64,000 bases of DNA, taken from the NCBI GenBank assembly GCA_965207065.1, contig OZ242260.1, positions 928,001-992,000 of the forward strand. The letters are read 5' to 3'. How positions within the stretch are numbered: the first letter of the stretch is position 1; every line of letters starts with the position of its first letter. The stretch is from a bacterium. GTDB taxonomy: Bacteria > UBA8248. Positions 10,468-19,830 of the stretch are shown here, in pieces. Below the pieces are notes generated by a model, which was not told the origin of the DNA, did no database searches, and saw only the letters and a program-made list of their open reading frames with translations. A program made the position numbers and the translations under genes.

Positions 10468-10910
10468 TTCAAAAATAACCTCCCAGGAAGAATTATATAT
10501 TCATATTGGATCCCATCTCTCTCAAAATCATAAGGGAACAAGTATAGTATTTCGTTTGACATATTTTTCCCGTAATCACGAAAAATTTTCTTTATGCGAT
10601 TGGTTAGAGGTGGGGCGTCAAGCAATATTCTTATCTCACTTTTTCTTCCCAAAATTTGGAAAGGTTTTTGCCATTGCGAAATGTCGAACCGGGGCTTCAC
10701 AACAATATAGAACGGCGCCACTGGAGGTGTCGGCGGATTCCCCGGCTGAGGTTTAGGGATTGGACCAGGACCAACACAATAGAATAGCGGTGACGGACAT
10801 TTTGGCTTGGGGAGTTTCTTATTAAATTTCAATTCTTGCGCGGTAACACTGCTAAGAAACAATATACTACTAGCTATGACTATTAGAGTCACATGACATG
10901 TTCGCGACAA
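10464..10910 (-). CDS. Hypothetical secreted proline-rich protein
   Basis: Signal-peptide-like N-terminus (…SSVTA/QE), Pro-rich linker with two Cys; coupled to the downstream gene. Confidence 0.6.
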   Translation of the reverse strand: MSRTCHVTLIVIASSILFLSSVTAQELKFNKKLPKPKCPSPLFYCVGPGPIPKPQPGNPPTPPVAPFYIVVKPRFDISQWQKPFQILGRKSEIRILLDAPPLTNRIKKIFRDYGKNMSNEILYLFPYDFERDGIQYEYIILPGRLFLK

Positions 10911-11612
10911 AATTTAACTCCTTCACTATAGTAACTGAATAGTGAAGCCACTTTCAGAACTTGGTCAAGTCCTGTAGATAGAACCACCGTATCATTTAGG
11001 CGGTAGCCTTGTTGTATGACTTCGCGGAGAAGAGCCTCATTATTACCTTTGCCGAGAACCTCACCGGTCAAGTCCTGTAGATGCTGGATAATTTCTTTTG
11101 GCGCATATTGGCTGAGGGCTTGGCCGGGTAGGCGGGGGCATTGGTAACCATTCGTTCGTGAGGTGATAGAGCGGACCGCAGGCTCTCTCCCGAGTGAGTG
11201 TGAACGACGCGGACCAATGTCTCCCACGGTCTGTGAGGATGCAGCTGATTCAACGGGACCACCTGCATATCCTGCCACTGCCGAAGTGGTGAGGCACAGC
11301 GCTGGTCCGACTCGTTTCGGACAATACTTTATGCAGGCACTGGTTTTGGCACGGCCATCATCCTCCCGCCGAACGGTTACGGGCATTGGGGCATTGCTGT
11401 GCCCCGCCTACTCCCGGGCGCGCAGACGTTGTAATGAATCCGCTTTCGGCTTGATTACAGATTCCGCCGGGCCGATTCGGGGTCGGTGCGGGATCGGTTC
11501 GAGAACAGTCCAGAAAATGATTATACTGCAATAATATCAATGGAATAGGGGATTCTTTGCACTGAAGGGAAAAAAGCGAAAAGGCTCGCTATCCACGGGT
11601 TTCTGGATATAT

Positions 11613-11652
11613 CGATAAATATAGATAAATTCACGGGGTATTTCGATAAATT
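11613..11652 (+). repeat. 40-bp dispersed AT-rich repeat, copy 1
   Basis: CGATAAATATAGATAAATTCACGGGGTATTTCGATAAATT; 39/40 identical to 55133-55172. Confidence 0.9.
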
Positions 11653-11813
11653 TCAGGAAATTAATTTCTTTGGGAAAGGGCGCAGCTTCGGCAGCGCAGG
11701 AGAATCATGCCATGGCCCGCGCTTCGCGCGATGACGGCAAATGCGCGCAAATGCGGGGAGTCGCCTCCCCGCCCGGGGCGTCCGCCCGGCGAATGCGCGC
11801 CCAGCCGCGTTCC

Positions 11814-12041
11814 CTAGGGTCCGGGATAGGCCTCGGGCGGCTTCGGGTCGTCGCTCGATCTCCTTGATTTTACTCGCTTTCTGTTGACGAGCGGATCATC
11901 CTTGAGACGCGCGATTGGGTCTTCCTCATCATCCCCGCGCCCGTAGGCGTTGCCCTTCTCGAAGGCGAGCCTGCCGAACAGGCGGTTCAGGTTGTTGCGT
12001 GCGACCTCTTCGTCTTCGGCGTCATTGCGAGGTTTCTTCAT
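11814..12041 (-). CDS. Small hypothetical protein
   Basis: 75 aa, purine-rich RBS, follows the MBL gene on the same strand. Confidence 0.5.
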   Translation of the reverse strand: MKKPRNDAEDEEVARNNLNRLFGRLAFEKGNAYGRGDDEEDPIARLKDDPLVNRKRVKSRRSSDDPKPPEAYPGP

Positions 12042-12080
12042 GGTCTCTCTCCCCCTTGTTTCGCAAGCAAAGTCAATAGT

Positions 12081-13187
12081 TTACACGATTCGCCACCGCT
12101 CGCCCACCGCCATGACCCTGACGCGGGCGGCGTCCGCGCCCGTCCCGGCCATGTGCTCCCTGAGCACCCGGGGCGGGTGGTCGAGCGGCTCGTCCGTCAG
12201 GTCGAACGTACCCCAGTGCATGGGGATCATCCAGCGCGCGCCCAGTTCTTTGAACGCCCGGAGCCCCTCGGCGGGATTCATGTGGGAATAGCGCATCATC
12301 CACCGGGGCTCAAAGGCGCCGATGGGGAGCATCGCCACGTCGATGGGGCCGAACTTGCGGCCAAACTCCCTAAACCCTTGAAAATAGCCGCTGTCGCCGC
12401 CGTGGAAATACTTGCGCGCGCCGGTTTCGACCAGCCAGGAACACCAGAGCGTGGAGTCCCGCGCCATGCCGAAGCGGTTCGACCAGTGCTGCGCGGGCAG
12501 GCAGGTGAGGCGCACGCCGCCCTGCTCCGCGCTCCGCCACCAGTCGAGCTCCACGGCGCGCCGGCCCAGTGATTCCACGAATGCGCCCAGCCCCACCGGC
12601 ACGAACCACGTGACGTCTTCGGGGAGGTTCTCTATCGTCCACGAATCGAGGTGATCGTAATGGTTGTGGGAAATCGTCGCCACGGCGCCCTTGGGAATCG
12701 AAGCCGCAGGCACGCCCGGCGGCTGATGGCGCCCATGCCAGAAAGCCCCCGCGCCAAAATGCGGGTCCATCAGGACGACGTCCGGGCCGTCCTGGATGAT
12801 GAAGCCGCAATGCCCGATTGAGGTGATCGAGGGTTCGCTCTGCGGTTTCGCCAGATACGCGCCATCGTTGGAAACGACTGGAACTTCTGGCGTTCTGGCG
12901 TTTTTAACTTCCGCGAACTCATTGCGGTACAGGAATTTCCATTTGTACAGATTGACCCGTGAACCCGGATTCGGCCACCAGGGGTTGAACCACCTCCCCG
13001 GCTCGCCATGCGGCCAGTAGAGGGATTCCGCCTCGCGCGAGACGAGGCCTTGCGCTTCGGGGGGCGGCGCCGTCGGCCCCTTGATGCCCAGACCCATCTT
13101 CGCGCACCCTCCCGCCAGACCCATTGCGCCGAGGCCCACGAGACCGGCGCGCTTGAGAAATTTCCGTCTTCCGATTTTCGGTTTCAT
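12081..13187 (-). CDS. Tat-exported MBL-fold metallo-hydrolase (NAPE-PLD/RomA-like), probable lipoprotein
   Basis: GRRKFLK twin-Arg signal, LAGGC lipobox, SHNHYDHLD, AQHWS, GGDSGY, PMHWGTF. Confidence 0.88.
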   Translation of the reverse strand: MKPKIGRRKFLKRAGLVGLGAMGLAGGCAKMGLGIKGPTAPPPEAQGLVSREAESLYWPHGEPGRWFNPWWPNPGSRVNLYKWKFLYRNEFAEVKNARTPEVPVVSNDGAYLAKPQSEPSITSIGHCGFIIQDGPDVVLMDPHFGAGAFWHGRHQPPGVPAASIPKGAVATISHNHYDHLDSWTIENLPEDVTWFVPVGLGAFVESLGRRAVELDWWRSAEQGGVRLTCLPAQHWSNRFGMARDSTLWCSWLVETGARKYFHGGDSGYFQGFREFGRKFGPIDVAMLPIGAFEPRWMMRYSHMNPAEGLRAFKELGARWMIPMHWGTFDLTDEPLDHPPRVLREHMAGTGADAARVRVMAVGERWRIV

Positions 13188-13239
13188 CGCAACCCACGCG
13201 GCGGCGGCTCAGAGCATCCCATTCCCCGGGGAAGAAAAA

Positions 13240-14118
13240 TTATCCAAGAGACGTGTACCACCCCGCAATCGCCCGGCCCATATCATCGGGCGAGTCCTCA
13301 TGGCAGTAGTGAAGCCCGGCCACCGTCACCTCCTCCACGTTCGGCCAGCTGCGAATCATCCTGCGGTGCTCTCCCACGAGCACGGCGCCTGGATCTGAAT
13401 TGATGAACAGTTTCGGCACCGGATGACGTTCGAGCCAGGCATTGTTTCGCTCAATGATTTCAAGAACATCTGCGGGTTCTCCCTCGATGGGTATCTCGCG
13501 CGGCCAGGTGAGCGTGGGCCTTCTGTCCTCGCCGGGATTGCGGTAGGGCCTCCGGTACTCGTCATGGATATCCTGAGAAACCTCGCGGATGACCATGGCG
13601 GGCAGAATCTTCTCCACGAAGAAGTTCTGCTCCAGGACGAGTTCCTCGCCCTCCTCGCTCCTGAACCTCCTGAAAAGCGCCTGTACATCCGGCGGCCAGT
13701 GACTCCACTCGAAATTGCCGAGGACGCCCTGGCAGATCACGACGCCCTTGAGCGCATCCTGTCTCCCTGACGCCCATGTGAAGCCCAGTTGCGCACCCCA
13801 GTCGTGCGTCACGATGGTGACGTTCTCCGTGACCCCCAGCGCATCCATCAGCGCGTTCGTATAGGGCTGGTGATCGACCAGGCGATAGTTGGAGCCGGAG
13901 AGTTTTTCGGAATCGCCCTGGCCGATGTTGTCTATCGCGATGCAGCGGCCCAGCCCCTCGACGTGGGGGATCACGTTGCGCCACATGTAGGAGGAAGTGA
14001 TGTTGCCGTGAAAAAAGACGATGGGATCCCCCTCGCCCGCCTCCACGTAGGCCATCTTCCTGCCGAGAACTTCAGCGAATCTTTTCTCATACCTCATGCG
14101 AGGCTCTATCAGCGTCAT
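13240..14118 (-). CDS. Haloalkane dehalogenase-like alpha/beta hydrolase (DhaA/LinB group)
   Basis: HGN.TSSY.WRN, HDWG nucleophile, RRPTLTWPREIP, GLHY..ED. Confidence 0.88.
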   Translation of the reverse strand: MTLIEPRMRYEKRFAEVLGRKMAYVEAGEGDPIVFFHGNITSSYMWRNVIPHVEGLGRCIAIDNIGQGDSEKLSGSNYRLVDHQPYTNALMDALGVTENVTIVTHDWGAQLGFTWASGRQDALKGVVICQGVLGNFEWSHWPPDVQALFRRFRSEEGEELVLEQNFFVEKILPAMVIREVSQDIHDEYRRPYRNPGEDRRPTLTWPREIPIEGEPADVLEIIERNNAWLERHPVPKLFINSDPGAVLVGEHRRMIRSWPNVEEVTVAGLHYCHEDSPDDMGRAIAGWYTSLG

Positions 14119-14139
14119 CCCGTCCCTTTCAAAGCATCT

Positions 14140-15186
14140 CTATTCGTCCACGCGCAAGACCAGCTTGCCGCGTACATGGCCCCCTTCCAGGAGCGTGTGG
14201 GCGGCGGCGATGTTCCCGGCGTTCATGACTCCCATATCGGTGATTTCGGGCGCCTTGATCTCGCCCGCCTCCACCCAGTCGCGGATTTCTTCGAGCGCCT
14301 TCTTGTAGACGCCGTAATAGGCAGGGCCGCCCCCGCGTACGGGCGCGCGCAGGAAGGTGCCGTGAAACGAAGCCGATTTGGTGAACAAAGGGCCTTCCTG
14401 GGATGAGAAAAACTCGTCGATGGGCGCACCCGGTTCGGGCGCGATGGAGGAAATTCGCCCCCAGTAGTCCACCACTTCGCAGCAGAGTTTCTTCATCTCG
14501 CGGCCCACGAAATCGAACGTGGCCGGAAAAAGACGGCCCCCGTTCATCTCCACCGCCCGCCGCGCCAGTTCATCAAGCGATAGCCCCGAATACCTCAAAA
14601 CGGCGACAGGGACGGGAGCGATTAAACCCTCGATGTACTTTGCGCTCTCATCGCTTCCCGCCGTCACGACGATGGGTGATGCGCCGATGCGCGCCAGCAT
14701 CTGAAGTCCCATGGTTCCCACGCCGCCCGAGCCGCCCGCCACGAAAACCGCTTCACCCGGCTCCACCCGCGCCTTCATGATCACCGCCTCATGGGCGGTC
14801 AGGGATACGAGCGGCAAAGCGGCCGCCTGCTCGAAAGTGGCGTTTTGGGGCTTTTTCACGACGAACGCCTGATGGATGCACACGAACTCCGCGTACCCAT
14901 CCCCGCCGCTGTCGCCGAACCTCGGGAGATAGGCCATCACCTCATCGCCGCGGGAGAACTCAGTCACTTCCCCGCCCACAGATTCGACTACGCCCGCGGT
15001 ATCCCTGCCCAGAATGATGGGAACCGCGCCCTGGTTTCCGCCCCGTCTGGCCTTGAAATCGGTCGGGTTCACGGATACCGCCTTCGCCCGGATCTTCACC
15101 TGATCAGCATCGGGCTCTCTCTCGGGCCAATCGGCATCCTCGAAATTCTCCACACCGCCAAAATCAGTAAGTACGACTGCTCGCAT
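14140..15186 (-). CDS. NADPH:quinone oxidoreductase-like MDR (zinc-independent)
   Basis: SVNPTD, LGRDTAG, GGSGGVG, GHVRGKLVL. Confidence 0.85.
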   Translation of the reverse strand: MRAVVLTDFGGVENFEDADWPEREPDADQVKIRAKAVSVNPTDFKARRGGNQGAVPIILGRDTAGVVESVGGEVTEFSRGDEVMAYLPRFGDSGGDGYAEFVCIHQAFVVKKPQNATFEQAAALPLVSLTAHEAVIMKARVEPGEAVFVAGGSGGVGTMGLQMLARIGASPIVVTAGSDESAKYIEGLIAPVPVAVLRYSGLSLDELARRAVEMNGGRLFPATFDFVGREMKKLCCEVVDYWGRISSIAPEPGAPIDEFFSSQEGPLFTKSASFHGTFLRAPVRGGGPAYYGVYKKALEEIRDWVEAGEIKAPEITDMGVMNAGNIAAAHTLLEGGHVRGKLVLRVDE

Positions 15187-15197
15187 TTTACCCTCCG

Positions 15198-15989
15198 CTA
15201 TACCATCCAGGCCCCGCCTGCGACGACCATTCCCTGTCCCGTGACGTTACGGCTCTCATCGCTCGCGAGATAGACCGCCATGTGGCCCACGTCGTCCGGC
15301 GTCTGCTCGCGCTCCAGTGGAACCGTCGCCGCGACGTATTCGTCGAACACCTGCCTCGCGGGCCTGTCCGTCGCCGCGCCGATGATGACGCCGAGGTCCT
15401 TTTCCCAGATGTTCGTCCACAAAAGGCCCGGGTTGATCGCGTTCACGTTCACGTTGTAGGCGGCCATCTCCCTGGCGAGGCTCATGGTGAAGTTCATGCA
15501 CGCCGCCTTGGACGCGGAATAATGCGGAATGTTCGCGTTCGCGCGCCTTGCGGCGAGCGAGGCCAGGTTGATGATCTTACCGTATCTGCGTTCACGCATG
15601 TGCGGAGCTAGCGCCCGGCACATCAGGAACACGCCCGTCGCGTTGACCTCGAAAACGGCGTTCCACTCCTCGAGCGTTATCTGGTCGATGGGGTTTGCCA
15701 CGAGCGCGGCTCCCCTGCCGTGGCAATTCACCAGAATGTCGATATGGCCCATCCGCTCGATGGCCGTCCGCACAATGTTCTCGGCTTCAGCCTCTCTCGC
15801 CACGTCCGCCGTCAGGGCGAAATGCGCCCCTTCACCCGCATCATCGAGTCCTCTTCTGGATACCTCGTCGCTCAAGTCGACCACGCAAACTTGGGCGCCC
15901 TCCCGGGAAAAAGAGCGGACGATGGCCCGGCCGATTCCACCGCCCCCGCCCGTTACGACCGCCTTTTTCCCCTCCAGGCGCATTCGCAT
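15198..15989 (-). CDS. SDR oxidoreductase (tandem paralog 1)
   Basis: TGGGGGIG, YSASK, NAINPG. Confidence 0.9.
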   Translation of the reverse strand: MRMRLEGKKAVVTGGGGGIGRAIVRSFSREGAQVCVVDLSDEVSRRGLDDAGEGAHFALTADVAREAEAENIVRTAIERMGHIDILVNCHGRGAALVANPIDQITLEEWNAVFEVNATGVFLMCRALAPHMRERRYGKIINLASLAARRANANIPHYSASKAACMNFTMSLAREMAAYNVNVNAINPGLLWTNIWEKDLGVIIGAATDRPARQVFDEYVAATVPLEREQTPDDVGHMAVYLASDESRNVTGQGMVVAGGAWMV

Positions 15990-16066
15990 TTCCCTTTCAC
16001 AAAAAGCCCCGACTCATTGCACCGGATAAAAACCACCAAGCATGATTCGAGGGGAAAAGAATTCCA

Positions 16067-16852
16067 CTAGACCATCCAGGCGCCACCTGCGAGGAGCAAA
16101 CCCTGTCCCGTGACGTTTTGGCTCTCATCGCTCGCGAGATAGACAGCCATATGGCCTACATCGTCAGGGGTCTGCTCGCGTCCCAGTGGGACCGCCGCCT
16201 CGACGAATTCGTCGAACACGCGCCGGGGGGGTCTGTCCGTCTCCGCTCCGATGATGACGCCGTGGCCCTTCTCCCAGAGGTTCGTCCACAAAAGACCCGG
16301 GTTGATGGCGTTCACGTTTACGTTGTAGGGGGCCATTTCCTTGGCGAGGCTCATGGTGAAGTTCATGCAGGCCGCCTTGGACGCGCAATAGTGCGGCACG
16401 TTCTCGTTCGCGCGCCTTGCGGCGAGCGAGGCCAGGTTGATGATTTTCCCGTACTTTCGCTCGCGCATATGGGAGGCGATGGCCCGGCACATCAGGAACA
16501 CGCCCGTTGCGTTCACGTTGAAAACGGCGTTCCACTCCTCGAGCGTGATGTTATCAATCGGGTTTCCCATGAGTGCCGACGCCCTGCCGTGGCAATTCAC
16601 GAGTATGTCGATATGCCCCATGCGCTCGATGGCCGTGCTGACGATGTTCTCGGCGTCTGCCTCGCTCGTCACGTCCGCCGCTAGTGCGAAATGTTCACCC
16701 TCACCGGCGTCATCAAGCCCTTGCCGGGTTACTTCCTCGTTAACGTCGACCACGCAAATCCGCGCACCCTCACGGGTGAAAGCGCGAATAATACCCCGAC
16801 CGATTCCGCCGCCGCCGCCAGTGACGACCGCTGTTTTTCCTTCCAGACGCAT
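16067..16852 (-). CDS. SDR oxidoreductase (tandem paralog 2)
   Basis: TGGGGGIG, YCASK; start set at ATG 16852 after GGAGGAG. Confidence 0.9.
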   Translation of the reverse strand: MRLEGKTAVVTGGGGGIGRGIIRAFTREGARICVVDVNEEVTRQGLDDAGEGEHFALAADVTSEADAENIVSTAIERMGHIDILVNCHGRASALMGNPIDNITLEEWNAVFNVNATGVFLMCRAIASHMRERKYGKIINLASLAARRANENVPHYCASKAACMNFTMSLAKEMAPYNVNVNAINPGLLWTNLWEKGHGVIIGAETDRPPRRVFDEFVEAAVPLGREQTPDDVGHMAVYLASDESQNVTGQGLLLAGGAWMV

Positions 16853-17039
16853 TCGACTCCCTCCATGATAGACGCCCCTGCGCATCGCATCGGGCAATTT
16901 CGCTCACTTACCTTTCGAAGCTGAAAAGTGATTCCGTTCTTGAAGCGTGATGTCCGCCGATTCTAGCAAGATTCGAACGGAGTGAGTATCTCTGAAGCCG
17001 AACGCCTGAAACTCATTCTCCGGAGAGTTTCCCCCGCAC

Positions 17040-17060
17040 GGGGAGAATGGTATTCTCCCC
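17040..17060. promoter_or_regulatory. Perfect 9-bp inverted repeat, putative operator between divergent SDR and VOC genes
   Basis: GGGGAGAAT-GGT-ATTCTCCCC. Confidence 0.4.
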
Positions 17061-17131
17061 CCGTTTCGAATTCCTTTACAGATCAACCGCGGACGTCGCC
17101 AACAAGTCCCTCAAAACAACAGGAGCATGAA

Positions 17132-17566
17132 ATGTCTCTGATCAAAATGGCAAAAGAATCCATCGACATCGGTATCGTGGTGAAAGATCTCGACGTCGCC
17201 GAAAAATTCTACGGCGGTATTTTGGGCCTTCCGATCGTGCGTGAAGTCGAGATTACAGCGGATAAAGCCTCCCGGGCCGGCTGCGCATCAGGCAGGTTCC
17301 AGTTCAAGGCGTTCCAGGCCGGCGAGGTGCAGCTCAAGGTCGTCCAGGCGGATTCAAATCCTCCCGCGGGCGGCGGCATCGTGGACGCATCCACCGGATA
17401 CCGCTACCTGACGTTTACCGTCGAGAGCGTACAGGAAGCGCACGACGCCCTGGCGGCGGCAGGTGTGAAGATGATGGGCGAGATCACCGAGGTTGTGCCG
17501 GGCCGGTTCATCATCTTCTTCCAGGACCCCGACGGAAACATGCTGGAGTGCGTTGGCCCCAGATAA
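17132..17566 (+). CDS. VOC/glyoxalase family protein
   Basis: IGIVVKDL...FYGGILGL, FFQDPDGNMLE; start after AGGAG. Confidence 0.85.
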   Translation: MSLIKMAKESIDIGIVVKDLDVAEKFYGGILGLPIVREVEITADKASRAGCASGRFQFKAFQAGEVQLKVVQADSNPPAGGGIVDASTGYRYLTFTVESVQEAHDALAAAGVKMMGEITEVVPGRFIIFFQDPDGNMLECVGPR

Positions 17567-17654
17567 GTATTGGTTGAGCGGGCATTCCGCCCACTTTGAA
17601 AACGACGCAGGCGCACTCTGAACAAATGCCCTGCCGCGTAGCCGGAGTATCGAG

Positions 17655-18275
17655 ATGTACGGGTTTCTCCAGGAGTATCTGGTGGAATTCGCCTATGGCG
17701 GGGTGTTTCTCGTCTTGTTGCTCTGCGGCTTGGGCCTGCCCGTGCCCGAAGACATCCCCATCATCACCTCGGGCTATCTCGTGCATCTGGGCACCATGAG
17801 TTTCTGGCCCGCGCTCACCGTAAACCTTCTCGGCATCATGCTCGGCGACCTGATGATCTACTGTTTCGGCTACTGGATGGGACCCAGGGCGCTCGAGCAT
17901 CGCATGCTACACCGCGTCGTGACGCCGGAGCGTATGGAGAAAGTGCACCGCTTTTTCGAGCGTCACGGGAGAAAGGCCATCTTCTTCGGGCGGTTTGTCG
18001 CTGGCCTGCGCGCGCCGCTGTTTCTCGCGGCGGGGATCACCCGTCTCCCGCTTCGCATATTCTTCGGGATGGACCTGGCCGCGGCGCTTCTGAGCGTGCC
18101 GCTGCTGCTGGCGGCGGCCTGGTATTTCGGGGATCACATCGACGATTTTCGCAGGATGGTGGGAACGGGCAAGGCTGTTTTCATCATCGTCCTGGGAGCC
18201 GTTGCCGTATTGTGGGGTGGAAAATATCTTTGGCGAAAATGGCGGTCGAAAGATTCCAGCCCTGATTCATCGTAA
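17655..18275 (+). CDS. DedA family membrane protein
   Basis: GLPVPED, GD...Y..G, FFGRFVAGLR. Confidence 0.92.
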   Translation: MYGFLQEYLVEFAYGGVFLVLLLCGLGLPVPEDIPIITSGYLVHLGTMSFWPALTVNLLGIMLGDLMIYCFGYWMGPRALEHRMLHRVVTPERMEKVHRFFERHGRKAIFFGRFVAGLRAPLFLAAGITRLPLRIFFGMDLAAALLSVPLLLAAAWYFGDHIDDFRRMVGTGKAVFIIVLGAVAVLWGGKYLWRKWRSKDSSPDSS

Positions 18276-19223
18276 GGCTTGCGCGAGCGATAAGGCCCCC
18301 GGCCCGAAAACGGCGCCCGCATCAATTTCATGCGCTCCGCGCGAGTCGATTCTGAGCACGTGCATCCGACACCCGATGCCGTGTGAGTCATAGACCTCGC
18401 GCATCGCGTTGCCCACCCTGCCGGGGTGAGCCCGGCAAATCGCCAGGATGCAAGGCCCCGCGCCACTGATACACGCCCCCAGCGCGCCGGCTTTGTAAGC
18501 CGCCTCGAATACCTCCTCCAGCGGACCCATCAACTCCGCGCGGTAGGGCTGGTGCAGCCTGTCCTGCATGGCTTCGCGGAACAACTCGTCACGTCCTGTG
18601 GCGAACGCCGCCATGAGCGCCCCCACTCTCTGGACGTTGAAGATCGCATCGTCCAGCGAAACCTCTCCGGGCAGTTTTTGTCTCGCGGCATGCGTGCTCA
18701 CCTCGAAGTCGGGGATCACGATCACCCAGCGGTAATCCTCCACCACGGGCATGCGCGTATAGATGGTTTTTCCGTCCGTCGTGGTCGCGGAGATGCAAAA
18801 CCCTCCTATCAGCGCGGGTACGACGTTGTCGGGGTGTCCTTCCATATCCACGGCGATTTGCACGAGTTCGTCCATACTCAACGGATTGCCAAGCAGGATG
18901 TTCGCCCCCACGATCCCCCCCACGATGGCGGCCGAACTGCTCCCCAGCCCGCGCGCCAGTGGTATGTGGTTGCGCTGCTTCATCCACAAGCCGCTGAAGG
19001 GCCGGCCGACCCGATCGAATACACGCTTCACGGCCTGCACGCAGACGTTCGATTCATCCTTCGGGATGACGTCGCGGCCCTCTCCTTCGACTTCCAGCGC
19101 CACACCCCAGGGAAGGATGTCGAGTTCTATGCGATTGTAGATCCTGAGCGCGACGCCCAGGGCGTCGAAACCCGGACCGAGATTCGTCGTACTCGCAGGA
19201 ACCTGCACGCGCACCAAAGCCAA
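18267..19223 (-). CDS. thrB: Homoserine kinase
   Basis: PASTTNLGPGFD, PLARGLGSS, EGHPDN, HQPYR, SGAGP. Confidence 0.95.
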   Translation of the reverse strand: MALVRVQVPASTTNLGPGFDALGVALRIYNRIELDILPWGVALEVEGEGRDVIPKDESNVCVQAVKRVFDRVGRPFSGLWMKQRNHIPLARGLGSSSAAIVGGIVGANILLGNPLSMDELVQIAVDMEGHPDNVVPALIGGFCISATTTDGKTIYTRMPVVEDYRWVIVIPDFEVSTHAARQKLPGEVSLDDAIFNVQRVGALMAAFATGRDELFREAMQDRLHQPYRAELMGPLEEVFEAAYKAGALGACISGAGPCILAICRAHPGRVGNAMREVYDSHGIGCRMHVLRIDSRGAHEIDAGAVFGPGALSLAQALR

Positions 19224-19244
19224 GACTATCTCCTCGAAATGATA

Positions 19245-19826
19245 TTAAGCCGAACGAACCTCTGACGAGTGCGCGAAGGCGCAGCCCGCCGCGCGCATTT
19301 CCTCGACCGCGTTTTCACCGTCTTTTGGGTCGACGTTCACGGCGCGAATGGCGTTTTCCAACACGACGACCTCGAACCCCTCGCGTCTGGCGTCAAGCGC
19401 CGTGGCCTTCACGCAATAATCCGTCGCCAGACCGCAAACGAAAAGACGCCCTATCCCTGCTGCCCGCAAATCATCGGCCAGCGAAGTACCGTCAAAACCC
19501 GAATAGGCTTCGGCGGCGCGAGTCGTGGCTTTCGATACCACCATCTCCACATTCCCTGCATTCATTTGCGGATGAAAAGCCGCGCCCGGCGTATCGGCCA
19601 CGCAATGAACGGGCCAGATTCCGCCCTGCGCCTGAAACGAGATGTGATCGGCCGGATGCCAGTCGCGCGTCGCCACCTTCATCCAGCCTGGAATTTCCAG
19701 AAGCGCATTGACCGCTTCGACAATCGCGTCCCCCTCCGAGACGGCGAGCGTTCCACCCGGACAAAAATCCACTTGCAGATCGACGACGATGAGGCCGTCT
19801 GCCGCACCCGGTTTGTATTCAGCCAT
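19245..19826 (-). CDS. pncA: Nicotinamidase/pyrazinamidase
   Basis: VDLQVDF, DWH, WPVHC, GLATDYCV. Confidence 0.93.
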   Translation of the reverse strand: MAEYKPGAADGLIVVDLQVDFCPGGTLAVSEGDAIVEAVNALLEIPGWMKVATRDWHPADHISFQAQGGIWPVHCVADTPGAAFHPQMNAGNVEMVVSKATTRAAEAYSGFDGTSLADDLRAAGIGRLFVCGLATDYCVKATALDARREGFEVVVLENAIRAVNVDPKDGENAVEEMRAAGCAFAHSSEVRSA

Positions 19827-19830
19827 CGTC

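Noticed and set aside
10889-11386. 165-aa ORF as a real gene
   Set aside because: No convincing family motif beyond a weak GrpE-like patch; overlaps repeats; probably debris.
17024-17050. GAGTTTCCCCCGCACGGGGAGAAT resembling a type I-E repeat
   Set aside because: Single degenerate copy far from cas; better explained by the overlapping 9-bp palindrome.
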